NCBI RefSeq assembly: GCF_964204645.1
Contig: NC_134035.1
Location: forward strand, 2,914,001-2,978,000
Length of the DNA stretch: 64,000 bases
Reading direction: 5' to 3'
Origin: Tubulanus polymorphus
Taxonomy: Eukaryota > Animalia > Nemertea
This document shows, piece by piece, positions 1 to 14,764 of the stretch. Both the position numbers and the translations under genes were made by a program. The notes beneath the pieces are model-generated. The model did not search any database. It worked only from the letters and a program-made list of their open reading frames with translations, and was not told the origin of the DNA. Every line of letters starts with the position of its first letter. The stretch's first letter is position 1.

Positions 1-79
1 TATTAAAAAAATAATGCCATCTACCGGGCGAGACAGGAACTAGTTCCTATCACAACCCGGTAGATGGTGGAATGAGACC

Positions 80-290
80 AGAGTGAGGATGAGTAAGATG
101 AGTGATGAGAGAGATGAGAATGAGGATGAGAATGAGATGAGTATGAGATGAGGATGAAAGAGTGAGATGAGAGATGAGTATGAGAGATGAGTATGAGATG
201 AGAATGAGAAAGAGTGAGATGAGGATGAGAATGAGATGAGTATGAGAGATGAGTATGAGAGATGAGGATGAGAGATGATAGAAAGAGACA
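80..290. repeat. Degenerate (GAGAT/GAGTAT) purine-rich simple repeat
   Basis: Run of GAGAT/GATGAG-type units; explains the low-complexity ORFs at 21-362. Confidence 0.85.
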
Positions 291-736
291 GAGAGGGGAT
301 TGTATATCACCTGAACTTCTATGTTCCTCGTTGTTTTCTATCCGGCAGATTCTAGATGCCATCAGTAGTTTTAGTTTTACAGTTTTTAGTTCAAACAGAT
401 ATTTATCCCATCAGCAGCAAAGTCATCACATAGTTAGTCCTCGTGGACATAAAGTTCACTATAACTGAAGTCAAGTTCTCTCAATATTTGTTCGTTTGTT
501 TGTTTATCCTCCCGGTGAGTTCTAATGCTGCCAACACATATTTTATCCAGTTCATCTGATGTAGTCCTGATCATCAAACACAAACGTCAATAATTCCATC
601 CTAGTGATGACAAACATCCTAAAAGATATAAATGAAACTTTATAGATTTGAGGCAACCAATCAGTTATACACAGTGTAAGAGTTAAGTCTAGTTACCGGT
701 GTATCAGAGAAATGGCAATCTCAGGTAGGCTGGCTA

Positions 737-1440
737 CTCCCCAAAATGAGTGTCAGGGGTCAAATATTTTTTGTCTCCGATTTTGATGAAATTCAGTATA
801 GACATGTATCCTTGGGTGCTGATTACAAATCTGAAAGAATTTTTCGGATCTGAGGCCCAGAAAATGAGAAATTCGAATTATTGGGGGACCCCCCTATATT
901 TTCAAAAGGCCTTGGACCCCAGAGTTTTCGAGATATTCAAAATCTGATTGCAGATTTGGAATCAGCACCCCTGAAAATATAAAGGACTAAAATTTCAAGC
1001 AAATCGAAGAGATTCGGTTTTTTGGCCAAAAATGGCAAAAATAAGGTCCAGGAGTTTTTTTTCGGCGAAAACTTTTTTTTCTCTGATTCCTTCTAAAATT
1101 GGTAGGAATATGTATTCTAAGGTGTAGATTCCGGATCCGCAATCAGATTATGAATCGGAATTCATCTTCTTGGGCAAATATGGGTTTTAATGCCCAAAAT
1201 ATGCACCCCAAAAATGGGGTACAAAGTCAAAATTTTTTTTGGGCCCAATTTTAATGAAACTTAGTGCAAACATGTTTTTTGGGGTGCTGATTACGAATAT
1301 GGGGTTACATTTTGGATCCGAGGCACCTAAAATGAGATATTCAGGATTTCGTGTTTTGACCCCCTAAATTTCGTCACAAATTTTGATGAAATTTGCCTGG
1401 GAAATTCGGCCCAAAATCGAATATTATTCAATGATCAAAT
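737..1440. repeat. ~700-bp internally repetitive element within the macro-repeat (other copies ~4300-5030 and ~11465-12035)
   Basis: Internal sub-repeats (TTTTGATGAAATT...GGGTGCTGAT...GGATCCGAGGC) and a short inverted pair AGGGGTCAAA/TTTGACCCCCT. No coding capacity; class unassigned. Confidence 0.6.
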
Positions 1441-1959
1441 ATTCAATTAATTTTTAAGGTAGAAATTGATGCTCTTACTAAAACCCTGTATTATAACTCC
1501 TGCAACACAATTACAGGCTGCCTCAAATAACCACATTGAAAATTCTTATGAAATGCAGAAAACAGTGTTTACAGATAAACTGCTTTCTCATAATTGTTTT
1601 GGAAACTTATAAGAAATTCTACTCACACACTCACTAGCCCTTGTCTAGCAGTAATGGTAGTCCACTGAGTTCCACAAATCCACATACACCTCCTGGAGTC
1701 CCACCACTGACTGTTTTTTTATCCACTTATAGTCCGGTTAGTTGACTAAATAGTCCAGTTAGTTCACTAATAGTCCGGTTAGTTGACTAGTAGTCCAGTT
1801 AGTTCACTAGTAGTCCGGAAGAAGTTGACTGAAGAAGTAAAACTGTGATGAATTTCAGTTGAAGTCCACCACATCCAGTATTCGTGATGAAGTTTACACA
1901 ACAGCCCGAAGAAAACCTGAAATATAAAATTGAAATCACATTAACAGGGAGACTAACTG

Positions 1960-2412
1960 AGAAGTTGAGGGAGGATGGGGTGAGAGGTTGGGGAAGGATG
2001 TGGTGAGAGGTTGAGGGACAATGGGATGAGAGGTTGGGGAGGATGGGGTGAGAGGTTGAGGGAGGATGGGATGAGAGGTTGCGGAGGATGGGGTGAGAGG
2101 TTGAGGGAGGATGGGGTGAGAGGTTGAGAGAGGATGGGGTGAGAGGTTGGGGGAGGATGTGGTGAGAGGTTGGGGGAGGATGTGGTGAGAGGTTGAGGGA
2201 CAATGGGATGAGAGGTTGGGGAGGATGGGGTGAGAGGTTGAGGGAGTATGGGATGAGAGGTTGGGGAGGATGGGGTGAGAGGTGGGGGAGGATGGGATGA
2301 GAGGTTGGGGAGGATGGGGTGAGAGGTTGAGAGAGGATGGGGTGAGAGGTTGGGGAGGGTGGGTTAAGAGGTTGAGGGAGGGTGGGGTGAGAGGTTGGGG
2401 AGGATGGGTGAA
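1960..2412. repeat. G-rich 22-23-bp minisatellite (GAGAGGTTG[A/G]GGGAGGATGGGGT)
   Basis: Directly visible tandem units, ~20 copies. Confidence 0.9.
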
Positions 2413-5400
2413 AAGAGAAGCAAACACAATAACTCAGGCTTAAGCAAAAGTTTTCAGCAGTTTTCAGTCACGCTGGATTAACAGATTCACGTTTTACACA
2501 AGAGCCCAGCCTGTGGCAGTGGGAGAAAGCTGGTGTAACTAACTGGTCGAGTCAGCTGGTCTTAACCTGCTGAACAAGATGTGGTGCCGGAGGAAGTTGA
2601 AGAACAGTTCATCAAGATTTGTGAAACTATCGCCTGCTGCACCATGTGCAATGCAAGCGGCTAGGGTAGTGCGGCCCGTGTAGGCTAGAAAGTGGTTTTT
2701 GACACCGAGTGAGGTCCCTGTTAGTCTAGCACCTAGCCGTCGTTCCCTAAACAACCCGGAACCCGTAGTAAAAACGACTGACTGATTCAGACTAAATTTG
2801 AGTAGGTCCCGGCCTCCACTGACTGTCGTGAAGTGTCTGCGAAGTCACTGGAGTGAGGTCCCCCTAAACTGTGTGTGTACCTGAGGACATGAAAATGAAA
2901 TATCATGTATGAATTTTTATCTTTTTTACCAATATCAAAATTCGTACATTTAGAATCATCGCGGCTTTAAAGTCTTTATCAATTGAGGGAATAGTTCACT
3001 GTAAATAAAGAATTAGCGATTGAATTGAGCCCGCTCCACAGTAAAATAGCGCGATTAATTCAATCTCGACCGTCTAGTGCTGCCGCTACGTATAACGATA
3101 GCGTGGAAAACGTGAACTAACATAATACTCGCTTGCCAGAGTCTTCGAACGGCCGTAGTGGACGAACTAATTACCGATTTGCGGGCCGGATTCCGAGGAA
3201 ATTTCTCAAACTCTGAAAACTGCTCTGAAACGTCTGGCCAAACAATTTTTCTATAAGAGAATGAGCCTTAAAAGAGTTAATTTGAATCGGGGTATTTCTA
3301 GTATGGTCTGGGAGAGAGCGACAGGTGTTTGTATGTTCCCTGATTATTTGCGTGCAAATAGACTATAATCGAAGAAAAAATATGGACATTTTGTCAATTC
3401 TGATGATAAATTGTCATTAAAAAATGAAAATGAATAATTTATTCTGTATACAAATACTATATTAATTGATAAGTAAGTGAATTTTAGCTAAAAAAAATTA
3501 AATATGTTACCTAAAAATAAGGAAATATCATACAAAATTCAGAACGTATTCATAGTATCATATTTAATCAGAATTAGACGACACACTGGTCTGTATTGTA
3601 CGTAATAAGGACATTTAAATTCCGGCGGTAAATATGCGCTACCATTTTAGTTCACAGAAATTCCGCTATCGTAATTCATAGGGGCAGCACTGTACGGTAA
3701 ATATCTAACTCAGCCTCGCTATCTTACTGTGGCATGCGAGCAATACAGATATTTTTCTTAGCCGAATTTCGTTGATTATCTAATACGATTCCATTGTATA
3801 TGAATAATTCGACTATCGTTTAAGGTTTTTAGAAGGGGATTCTCTTTCTAAAACGAATTTCAAACCGTTTGTGATAGAACTCTTTTGTCTGCGGAATGTA
3901 TTAGCATCCAGTAAAGCGCTAAGCTCACATGCCAAAGGAAGAATTTCAAGCAAATTTAATTTTATTCTCTAAAATAGTGCATTCAACTACCACTAACACT
4001 GTAACCAGAAATAATGCTCGGAAACTATTAAAGAAGAGTAAATTTGAAGTCAAGTTCTCCCAATATTTGTTCGTTTGTTTGTTTATCCTCCCGGTGAGTT
4101 CTAACACTGCCAACACATATTTATCCAGTTCATCTGATCCTGATCATCAAACTCAAAAAGTCAATAATTCCATCCTAATGATGAGAAACATCCTAAAAGA
4201 TATAAATGAAACTTAATAGATTTGAGGCCACCGAACAGTTATACACAGTGTAAGAGTGTCTAGTTACCGGTATATCAGAGAAATGGCAATCTAAGGTAGG
4301 CTACTCCCCAAAATGAGTGTCAGGGGTCAAATATTTTTTGTCTCCGATTTTGATGAAATTCCGGTTAGACTTGTATTCTGGGGTGCTGATCACAAATCTG
4401 AACGAATTTTTAGGATCCGAGGCCCAGAAAATGAGAAATTCGAATTTTTTGGGGGACCCCTAAATTTTCAAAAGGCCTTTGACCCCAGAGTTTTCGAGAT
4501 ATTCAAAATCTGATTGCAGATTTGGAATCAGCACCCCTGACAATATAAATGACTGAAATTTCAAGCAAATCGAAGAGTTTCGATTTTTTGGCAAAAAATG
4601 GCAAAAATCTAAGGTGTTAGTCCAGGAGTTTTTTTTCGGCGAAAACTTTTTTTTCTCTGATTCCTTCGAAATTTGGTAGGAATATGTATTCTGAGGTGTA
4701 GATTCCGGATCCGCAATCAGATTTTGAATCGGAATTCATCTTCATGGGCAAATAAGGGTTTTAATGCCCAAAATATGCACCCCAAAAATGGGGTACAAAG
4801 TCAAAATATTTTTTTGGCCCAATTTTAATAAAATTTAGTGCAGACATGTTTTTTGGGGTGCTGGTTACAAATATGAGGTTAGATTTAGGATCCGAGGCTC
4901 CTAAAATGAGATATTCAGGATTTTGTGTTTTGACCCCCTTAATTTCGTCACAAATTTTGATGAAATTCGCCCGCGAAATTCGGTCCAAAAACGATTTTTA
5001 TTCAATGATGTCAAATATTCAATTAATTTTTAAGGTAGAAATTGATGCTCTTACTAAAAACCCTGAATTATAATTCCCGCAACACAATTACAGGCTGCTT
5101 CAAATAACCACATTGACAATTCTTATGAAATGCAGTGAACAGTGTTTACAGATAAACTGCTTTCTCATAATTGTTTGGGAAACTTTTAAGAAATTCTACT
5201 CACACTCACCAGCCCTTGTCTAGCAGTAATGGTAGTCCACCGAATCCCACAAATCCACATACAGAGTTCAACACCTCCTGGAGTCCACCACTGACTGTTT
5301 TTTATGAGTATCAATCTAGATGGTCCTAAATGGACTAAATGGTCCGGTTAGTTCACATATAGTCGGGTTAGTTCACTAGTAGTCCGGAAGAAGTTGATTG

Positions 5401-5515
5401 AAGAAGTAAAACTGTGATAAATTTCAGTTGATGTCCACCACGTCCAGCATTCGTGATGAAGTTTACACCACTGCCCGACAGAGGAAAACCTGAAAAATAA
5501 AATTGAAATCACATT

Positions 5516-6366
5516 TTTTTTTTTATCTTAAAATAGGGATTGTCCCCATTATTTATTTATTTGGCTGGTAAATTTTGTTTGATTTTTCGATTGAGTGTCC
5601 CTTACAGACCCACCACACCTGCCGGGAGAGAAACAGGGGGTTTGATTTTGAAATCGGAAATCGAAGTACAGATATAGATGTGTGATCGGCGGTCGAGTAA
5701 ACAGAATATTTTAAAATCGAAGTACATAATTGGAAATTCGGTTCCGGTTCATCCAAACAATCTTCCATTCAGTCTGAACCGGCAAGCGACTGATTGGGAT
5801 GAATTTTTCTGGCTGCCTAATTTAATACAATGAGATTCTGGAAATAGCTATATTACAAGATCATTTTGTCCATTTTTATATTTTTTTGGTCGTTTTCTAC
5901 GTGTAAATAGTCCGATAGTTTAGTGTGGTTTTTTTCCTCGGGTAGATGTTGATGTAGAAGTCCTCTAAGTTGATGATCCCGCGTGTTGACTAGATAGGAA
6001 GAAAGCACATTTCCAAACGCAAATTTTCCAGATGAGAGTATGGCCCTGGGGTATCCGAAGTGTAGTTGTATGACATCGACGGTGCAGCTCCGATTAGGAT
6101 GGGTTTCTCCGTCAAGGGGTGCGCAGTTGGTACTTCACATCTGGTGCTGAATTTGCCTAAAAGTATAAGTTTTACACTGGGAGCAGTTATGTGTTTCTAA
6201 TATACAGTGAGTTAGGTCCGTGAATGTATCGCAATCAAACGGACAGTGCTATGCGTATTGATAGACCGTCAGTAAGAAAGCGGCACAGACACGTGAATAT
6301 TGAATACATGTTTGTACACTTACATATATACAGTCTTGATCGGGTTTTATTTACATTGTCACGATT
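5516..6366 (-). mobile_element. 5'-truncated, decayed non-LTR retrotransposon 3' end
   Basis: 16-bp direct repeat AAATTGAAATCACATT at 5500-5515 and 6367-6382 (TSD). Poly(T) at the left end is a minus-strand poly(A), preceded by AATAAA. Absent from the other macro-repeat copies. A minus frame reads HCPFDCDTFTDLTHCILETHNC, reminiscent of the C-terminal CCHC knuckle of LINE ORF2; frames are broken by stops. Confidence 0.7.
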
Positions 6367-6401
6367 AAATTGAAATCACATTAACAGGGAGACTGACTGC
6401 G

Positions 6402-6572
6402 AGAAGTTGGGGGAGGATGGGGTGAGAGGTTGGGGGAGGATGGGGTGAGAGGTTGAGGGAGGATGGGGTGAGAGGTTGGGGACAATGGGATGATGAGGTT
6501 GGGTGAGGTTGAGGGAGGATGGGGTGAGAGGTTGAGGGAGGATGGGGTGAGAGGTTGAGGGAGGATGGGTGA
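6402..6572. repeat. G-rich 22-23-bp minisatellite, copy 2
   Basis: Same unit as 1960-2412, shorter array. Confidence 0.85.
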
Positions 6573-9279
6573 AAAGGGGAGCAAAACAGTACAATTACTC
6601 TGACATAGTAGCCTAAAGGCTTCAGCAAAGGTTTTCAGCAGTTTTCAGTCCCCTGGTCACACTGGTTTAACAGATTCTCGTTTTTCACAAGAGCCCAGCC
6701 TGTGGCCGGGAGAAAGCCATTGTAACTAACTGGTCGAGTCAGGGCCTGGCCGGCCTCACTAGTGTGTCGTGACGTGTTTGCGAAGTCAATTGGAGTGAGG
6801 TCTCCCTGTGGCTGTGCGTCCCGGGCCCTGAGCCCGTGAGGACATAAAATATGATGAATTCTTATCATTTTACCCAATTCAAAAGTCGTACATTTAAAAT
6901 CATCGTGGCTTTAAAGTCTTTATCAATTGAGAGAATAGTTCACTGTAAATAAAGAATTAGCGATTGAATTGAGCCCGCTCCACAGTAAAATAGCGCGATT
7001 AATTCAATCTCGACCGTCTAGTGCTGCCCCTATGTATAACGATAGCGTGGAAAACGTGAACTAACATAATACTCGCTTGCCAGAGTCTTCGAACGGCCGT
7101 AGTGGACGAACTAATTACCGATTTGCGGGCCGGATTCCGAGGAAATTTCTCAAACTCTGAAAACTGCTCTGAAACGTCTGGCCAAACAATTTTTCTATAA
7201 AAGAATAAGCCTTGAAAGAGTAAATTTGAATCGGGGTATTTCTAGTATGGTCTGGGAGAGAGCTACAGGTGTTTGTATGTTCCCTGATTATTTCTGCGTA
7301 ATTAGAATATATCGAAGAAAGAATATTGACATTTTGGACATATGGACATTTTGTCAATTTTATCATTCAAAAATGTAAACGAATAAGTTATTCTGTATAT
7401 AAATACTACATTAATTGATAGGTAAGTGAATTTTAGCTAAAAAGAATTAAATATGTTACCTAAAAAATTAGGAAATATCATACAAAATTCAGAACGTTTT
7501 CATAGTATCATATTCAATCAGAATTAGGCGCCACACTGGTCCGTATTGTACGTAATAAGGAAATTTAAATTCCGGCGGTAAATATGCGCTACTATTTTAG
7601 TTCACAGAAATTCCGCTACCGTAATTCATAGGGGCAGCACTGTACGGTAGATATCTAACTCGGCCTTGCTATCTTACTGTGGAATGCGAGTAATAAAGAT
7701 ATTTTTCTTAGCCGAATTTCGTTCAATGTTTAATACGATTCCATTGTATATGAATAATTCTACTATCGTTTAAGGTTTTTTGAAGGGGATCATCCTTTTA
7801 AAACGAATTTCAAACCATTTTTGATAGAACTCTTTTGTCAGCGGAATGTATTAGCATCCGGTAAAGCGATAGGCTCACATGCCATAGGAAGAATTCTGAG
7901 CAAATAAAATTTTATTCTCTAAAATAGTGCATTCAACTACCACTAACACTGTAACCAGAAAAAATGCCCTGAAACTATTAAAGGAACAACTTTCTATGAA
8001 AGAATTAGGCTTAAGAGTAAATTTGAATCAGGGATATTCCTAGTTTCGTCTGGGAGAGAACGACAGGTTCTAGAAGCCACGCAGTTTTTTTTCAGTTGCC
8101 CTGTTTTTAGTTCAAAAGCAAATCGGTAGTGTCACATATTTAGTCCTCGTAAAGTTCACTATAACTGAAGTCAAGTTCTCCCAATATGTGTTCGATTGTT
8201 TGTTTATCCTCTCGGTGAGTTCTAACGCTTGCCAACATCCAGTTCGATGTAGTCCTGATCAACAAACAAAAATGTCAATAAATACCGGTACTATAGTTCC
8301 TAATGATGACAAACATCCTAAAAACAGACATGACAGTCATTTTGGCCAAATTTTCATCTTCAGGAAATATGTGGTAATGTATTCTGATGGTGAAGAGTAA
8401 GAAGTGAATGGTGATAGCCCTCAGTCGGCTGAGAAATACTGTTACGCCAAACAGGAAAAAGGATCGTGGCTCCAGTTAGTCGAGCGCGACGAGATATATT
8501 GTTTCAAATATATGCACCTCCAACGCCTTGCGCCTCCAACCTGAAAAATATGATGTAGTAATAGATGAAAACATTCGGTCATGGTCATGAATTTGCAAGT
8601 CTTACTTGCAAATTCATGAATTCAGTCGATTCTAAAAATTTGCTTACGAAACGACTGTAGGAGTCTACAGTTATTGGGCAAGCGAAGCAGACACTTGCTC
8701 GAAAAATGAAAAGTTCTCCCTTAAAAACTCCTTATATTCCGGTATGACCGGTCTGTAGGAACTGCCCGAATAAAATCAAAATCTTAAATGCAAAACTCTA
8801 TGCAATTCAACAAACAAAATACAAGAAATGAACATAATATAATTTATTTTCACAAATTAAAATTGATGAATACATATTCTCATAATTGTTTTGGAAACTT
8901 ATAAGAAATTCTACTCACACACTCACTAGCCCTTGTCTAGCAGTAATGGTAGTCCACCGAGTTCCACAAATCCACATATAGAGTTCCACACTGTATTTTT
9001 ATGAGTATCACTCCACTTATAGTCCGGTTAGTTGACTAAATAGTCCAGTTAGTTCACATATAGTCTGGTTAGTTCACAAATAGTCCAGTTAGTTCACTAA
9101 TAGTCCGGTTAGTTGACTAGTAATCCAGTTAGTTCACTAGTAGTCCGGAAGAAGTTGACTGAAGAAGTAAAACTGTGATAAATTTCAGTTGAAGTCCACC
9201 ACGTTGAGTACTACACCACAGCCCGACAGAGGAAAACCTGAAATATAAAATTGAAATCACATTAACAGGAAGACTGACT

Positions 9280-9550
9280 GAGAGGTTGTGGGAGGATGGG
9301 GTGAGAGGTTGGGGAGGATAGGGTGAGAGGTTGAGGGAGGATAGGGTGAGAGGTTGGGGAGGATGGGGTGAGAGGTTGAGGGAGGGTCGGGTGAGAGGTT
9401 GAGGGAGGATGGGGTGAGAGGTTGGGGAGGATGGGGTGAGAGGTTGGGGTGGATGGGATGAGAGGTTGAGGGAGGATGGGGTGAGAGGTTGGGGAGGATG
9501 GGGTGAGAGGTTGAAGAGGGTGGTTTGTGAGGTTGAGGGAGGGTCGGGTG
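9280..9550. repeat. G-rich 22-23-bp minisatellite, copy 3
   Basis: Same unit as 1960-2412. Confidence 0.85.
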
Positions 9551-12500
9551 AAAAGAGAGCAAAACAGTACAATTACTCTGACAAAGTAAAGGCTTAAACA
9601 AAAGTTTTCAGCAGTTTTCAGTCACACTGGATTAACAGATTCTCGTTTTACACAAGAGCCCAGCCTGTGGCAGTGGGAGAAAGCTGGTGTAACTAAATGG
9701 TCGAGTCAGCTGGTCTTAACCTGCTGAACAAGATGTGGTGCCGGAGGAAGTTGAAGAACAGTTCGTCAAGATTTGTGAAACTATCGCCTGCTGCACCATG
9801 TGCAATGCAAGCGGCTAGGGTAGTGCGGCCCGTGTAGGCTAGAAAGTGGTTTTTGACACCGAGTGAGGTCCCTGTTAGTCTAGCACCTAGCCGTCGTTCC
9901 CTAAACAACCCAGAACCCGTAGTAAAAACGACTGACTGATTCAGACTAAATTTGAGTAGGTCCCGGCCTCACTAGTCACTGACTGTCGAAGTGTCTGCAA
10001 AGTCACTGTGGGTCTGGAGTGAGTGAGGTCCCCCTAAAGTGTGTGTACCTGAGGACATGAAAATGAAACATCGTGAATGAATTCTTATCTTTTTTACCAA
10101 TATCAAAATTCGTACATTTAGAATCATCGCGGCTTTAAAGTCTTTATCAATTGAGGGAATAGTTTACTGTTGTAAATAAAGAATTAGCGATCGAATTGAG
10201 CCCGCTCCACAGTAAAATAGCGCGACCAATTCAATCTCGACCGTCTAGTGCTGCCGCTATGTATAACGATAGCGTGGAAAATGTGAACTAACATAATACT
10301 CGCTTGCCAGAGTCTTCGAACGGCAGGAGTGGACGAACTAATTACCGATTTGCGGGCCGGATTCCGAGGAAAATTCTCAAACTCTGAAAACTGCTCTGAA
10401 ACGTTTGAACCAAACAATTTTTCTATAAAAGAATAAGCCTTAAAAGAGTGAAGATGAATCGGGGTATTTCTAGTATGGTCTGGGAGAGAGCGATAGGTGT
10501 TTGTATGTTCCCTGTTTATTTGCGCGCAAATAGACAATCGAAGAAAAAATATGGACATTTTGTCAATTCTGATGATAAATTATCATTAAAAAATGAAAAT
10601 GAATAATTTATTCAGTATACAAATACTATATTAATTGATAAGTAAGTAAATTTTAGCTAAAAATGATTAAATATGATACCTAAAAAATATTCAAAATTCA
10701 GAACGTACTCATAGTATCATATTAAATCAGAATTAGACGACACACTGGTCGGTATTGTACGTAATAAGGACATTTAAATTCCGGCGGTAAATATGCGCTA
10801 TTTTAGTTCGCAGAAATTCCGCTATCGTTATTCATAGGGGCAGCACTGTACGGTAAATATCTAACTCAGCCTTGCGATCTTACTGTGGCATGCGAGCAAT
10901 ACAGATATTTTTCTTAGCCGAATTTCGTTGATTATCTAATACGATTCCATTGTATATGACTAATTCTACTATCGTTTAAGGTTTTTCGAAGGGGATCATC
11001 TTTTTAAAACGAATTTAAACCATTTTTGATAGAACTCTTTTGTCTGCGGTATGTATTAGCATCCGGTAAAGCGGTAGGCTCACATGCCAAAGGAAGAACT
11101 TCAAGCAAATTTAATTTTATTCTCTAAAATAGTGCATTCAACTACCACTAACACTGTAACCAGAAATAATGCTCAGAAACTATTAAAGAATAATGCTTAA
11201 GAGTAAATTTGAAGTCAAGTTCTCCCAATATTTGTTCGTTTGTTTGTTTATCCTCCCGGTGAGTTCTAACACTGCCCACACATATTTATCCAGTTCATCT
11301 GATCCTGATCATCAAACTCAAAAAGTCAATAATTCCATCCTAATGATGACAAACATCCTAAAAGATATAAATGAAAGTTAATAAATTTGATGCCACCAAT
11401 CAGTTATACACAGTTAGAGTTAAGTCTAGTTACCGGTGTATCAGAGAAATGGCAATCTAAGGTAGGCTACTCCCCAAAATGAGTGTCAGGGGTAAAATAT
11501 TTTTTGTCTCCGATTTTGATGAAATTCCGTTCAGACATGTATTAAAGGGTGTTGATCGCAAATCTGAACGAATTTTTCGGATCCGCTGCCCAGAAAATGA
11601 GAAATTCGAATTTTTTGGGGGACCCCTAGATTTTCAAAAGGCCTTGGATCCCAGAGTTTTCAAGATATTCAAAATCTGATTGCAGATTTGGAATCAGCAC
11701 CCCTGAAAATATAAAGGACTAAAATTTCAAGCAAATCGAAGAGATTCGGTTTTTTGGCCAAAAATGGCAAAAATCCAGGAGTTTTTTTTCGGCGAAAACT
11801 TTTTTTTCTCTGATTCCTTCGAAATTTGGTAGGAATATGTATTCTGAGGTGTAGATTCCGGATCCGCAATCAGATTTTGAATCGGAATTCATCTGCATGG
11901 GCAAATAAGGGTTTTCATGCCCAAAATAAGCACCCCAAAATGGGGTACAAAGTCAAAATATTTTTTTGGCCCAATTTTAAGGAAATTTTGTGCAGACGTG
12001 TTTTTTGGGGTGCTGATTACGAATATGAGGTTAGATCATCTCATTATCATCTTATCTTATCTAAAACCGGCTTTGATGTATTGTAAATAGTTAATGTATA
12101 TATTTTGTAAACTTTTTCATTCTCTAAATTTTAATCACTTCAGAGTTGTTATGTAAATATTTGTATATACATGTGAAATAGTTTTCCTCCATATACCATG
12201 GAAATGGTTGGAGTGTAAATAAAATCGTAATCGTAATTGTAATCTTTCGTTAGACTTTCAAACCTTCATTTACGCAGAAATGAATTTCCAAAAATGGCCT
12301 ATATTTTTGGGGATTTATTACATTGTCTCTCTGATTGTGACCAATTCTTGCTAAACTTGCGAAAACATTCCAAATTTAGACACATTACTTAGAGCTTCAA
12401 ATTTCCACTCGGCAAAATTGATCCAAGATGGTTTAGATATCGTCATACATGCATATGTATAGATCCCTCCAGTAGTGTATAGTAAAGTATCTGTATATTT

Positions 12501-14764
12501 TGTCAATAACTTTCATGTCACCGATGTTTTCAAAATGTTTTTATTTCTATCTCGATTAACAAAATTATTTTTCCCCATTTACCATGTAAATGGTAGGCGA
12601 GTAATGGAATTATCTTGGCGATCTGGTTTTAACTACTCTTCTGTTCAAAATGGTTTTAGCATTATATTTTTTTTTCACTTTAAACATTTCAACCAGTTCA
12701 CCATAGATCAACAAGGGAGAGGAAATTCAGAATAAGCTCTATAGAGAAGGGAGGTGCTTGGGGTCTATATCCCGAAGTGCTGGAGTTACATCTTCTTTCT
12801 TCACTTTTCCAAGATAAAACCAACGAAAAAAAAGAAATTCATGGGGTTGGATCATTCATAGCTATTGGCTTTTATCCTCTTTCATTCATTTTTTACCTTC
12901 TGCTGTTCACAAATAAAATCCTGTTTTGAGAACAAAAATCCAAATGAACAAACAACAAATATCAAACAATCATAAAAGGTCATGTTTTTCCAAATGAATT
13001 TAAACATATAAATACATCTCTATCTACATTTTTAGAACACACATGTTTATATGTAATCGTGTTCAAAATTATATACACTCTAACTCTTTAATGAAAATGA
13101 AAACATACAAAGTTTACATGACTTAATTAGACTTTGCCTGTTTAACATATCATAAAAATGAGATCATATGAAATCGCAAGTAGCTATTTATTATCACTGC
13201 TAGTTTCTATTTAATAGATTGAATATATAACCCGAGTAACCATCATCAGTATCAGTGAAAATCACAAAATACTGATAAAATCTTCCAACAAAATCACCCT
13301 CACGATTTTTATAAGTTTTATCTTTGTAACCTAGACAAACCTGGACTGTGAAAAACTGGAATGTTTCACAATCACAAAAACACAATCATAATATTTCAAC
13401 ATCAAGCCACTAGAAAAACAGGAATGTTTCAGAATCATCAAATTTTTCCCTTTACGGTTTTAATATTAATATAACTGTATTCATTATACAACAGTTTATC
13501 AAGATCTTTCTGTACCACAAGAAAAATCACACAAAATTCATCGTATATTTCCACATCAAATACTTCTATTTTATTGCTTGAACAACCTGAGTAATTATAT
13601 ATCAGCACATATATATATATATAGATATATGAAAATATCTAGTGGCACGGAATGCAATTCACAAAATAGTAACATTTTTCAACAAAATCACCTCACTGTT
13701 CTATATCTTATTCTTGTAACCTAAACCATATTCCTATGCGGACTTTCGTAACCTGACCTTGAAACCTTAACTGAGGAAAATTCTTACATCAAGAAAAACG
13801 GGAATGTTTCATAATCACAAAAATCATCATAGTACTTCCGCATTTAAATCTATTTATGCCACACCACTGGAAAAACAGGAATATTTCAAAATCATCAGAT
13901 TTCTTCCTTCATGGTTTAACACTGTTTAACACAGTATCTAAATCTATTTGTTTCACAAAAATGTTTCCTATATTTTCACGCACAACAGTTTATCAAAATC
14001 TGTATCAAAATTTCTTTCAATGATTATTCCATTTCTTCATTTTACAGTTTTAATCGTATATCACTGTGTTTATCATAATTTTTGTCAACTCTTTTCTTAC
14101 AGCTACAAAACATTTTTCGACCAACACAAACTTCACACAAGTAATTCATAATCTCCTTTTCAATGAAATATCTATACCATAGATTTCTATAGTCTATTCA
14201 AAATTTCTATTACTCTATCTAGGTTTCTTCATTTTTCAGCAGTTTTTCACCGATCGACTCAAGAATTAAAGTCAATCAACTTCGATCAAACATTAAAGAT
14301 TATTTGATAGATATTCAACCACACTAAAACAACATGAAACGCTTTAAATCAATCTCTTGAATAGAATCGTATTCATAATTCGACAATTCAGTTTTTTTTC
14401 AGTTATTCACTTATCAATCAATACTAACCTTTTCTATGTCCAGTTCATCATAATAAATATTCTAACTTCTAAAATTTACTGATTTACAATTCAATTATTC
14501 ACCAAATATCCTAACAATCTCTAAACTCAAATTATTGACAGATCAACAGTTCAGTAATTCATCTACGTTTGTCTAAATCCTATTTCAGTGACTTATCAAA
14601 TATCACATATAAACCTGCACTAAATTATTCTAAACTTGACTCAACTGTTAACTACCCGGTATTCGATCTATGTTTGTATTATTCAAATCTGTTAATTCAA
14701 CTGCTTCTTCACAATATTCTTTTCTAATTGTCTAAGATATTTATGCCTTATTTTCTTAGAAATT

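Larger units (their letters stand above)
466..12035. repeat. Tandem macro-repeat, ~3.3 diverged copies of a 3-4 kb unit
   Basis: Anchor GAAGTCAAGTTCTC recurs at ~467, 4046, 8168 and 11211, and the same blocks follow in the same order. Copy 2 carries an 851-bp insertion, copy 3 lacks the ~700-bp element, copy 4 is truncated at ~12035. Confidence 0.9.

Noticed and set aside
8585-8619. Perfect 16-bp hairpin as terminator or Helitron end
   Set aside because: Isolated and AT-rich, with no downstream CTRR end or other supporting context.
1799-9601. Pro/Ser/His-rich ORFs
   Set aside because: Artefacts of the G-rich minisatellite.
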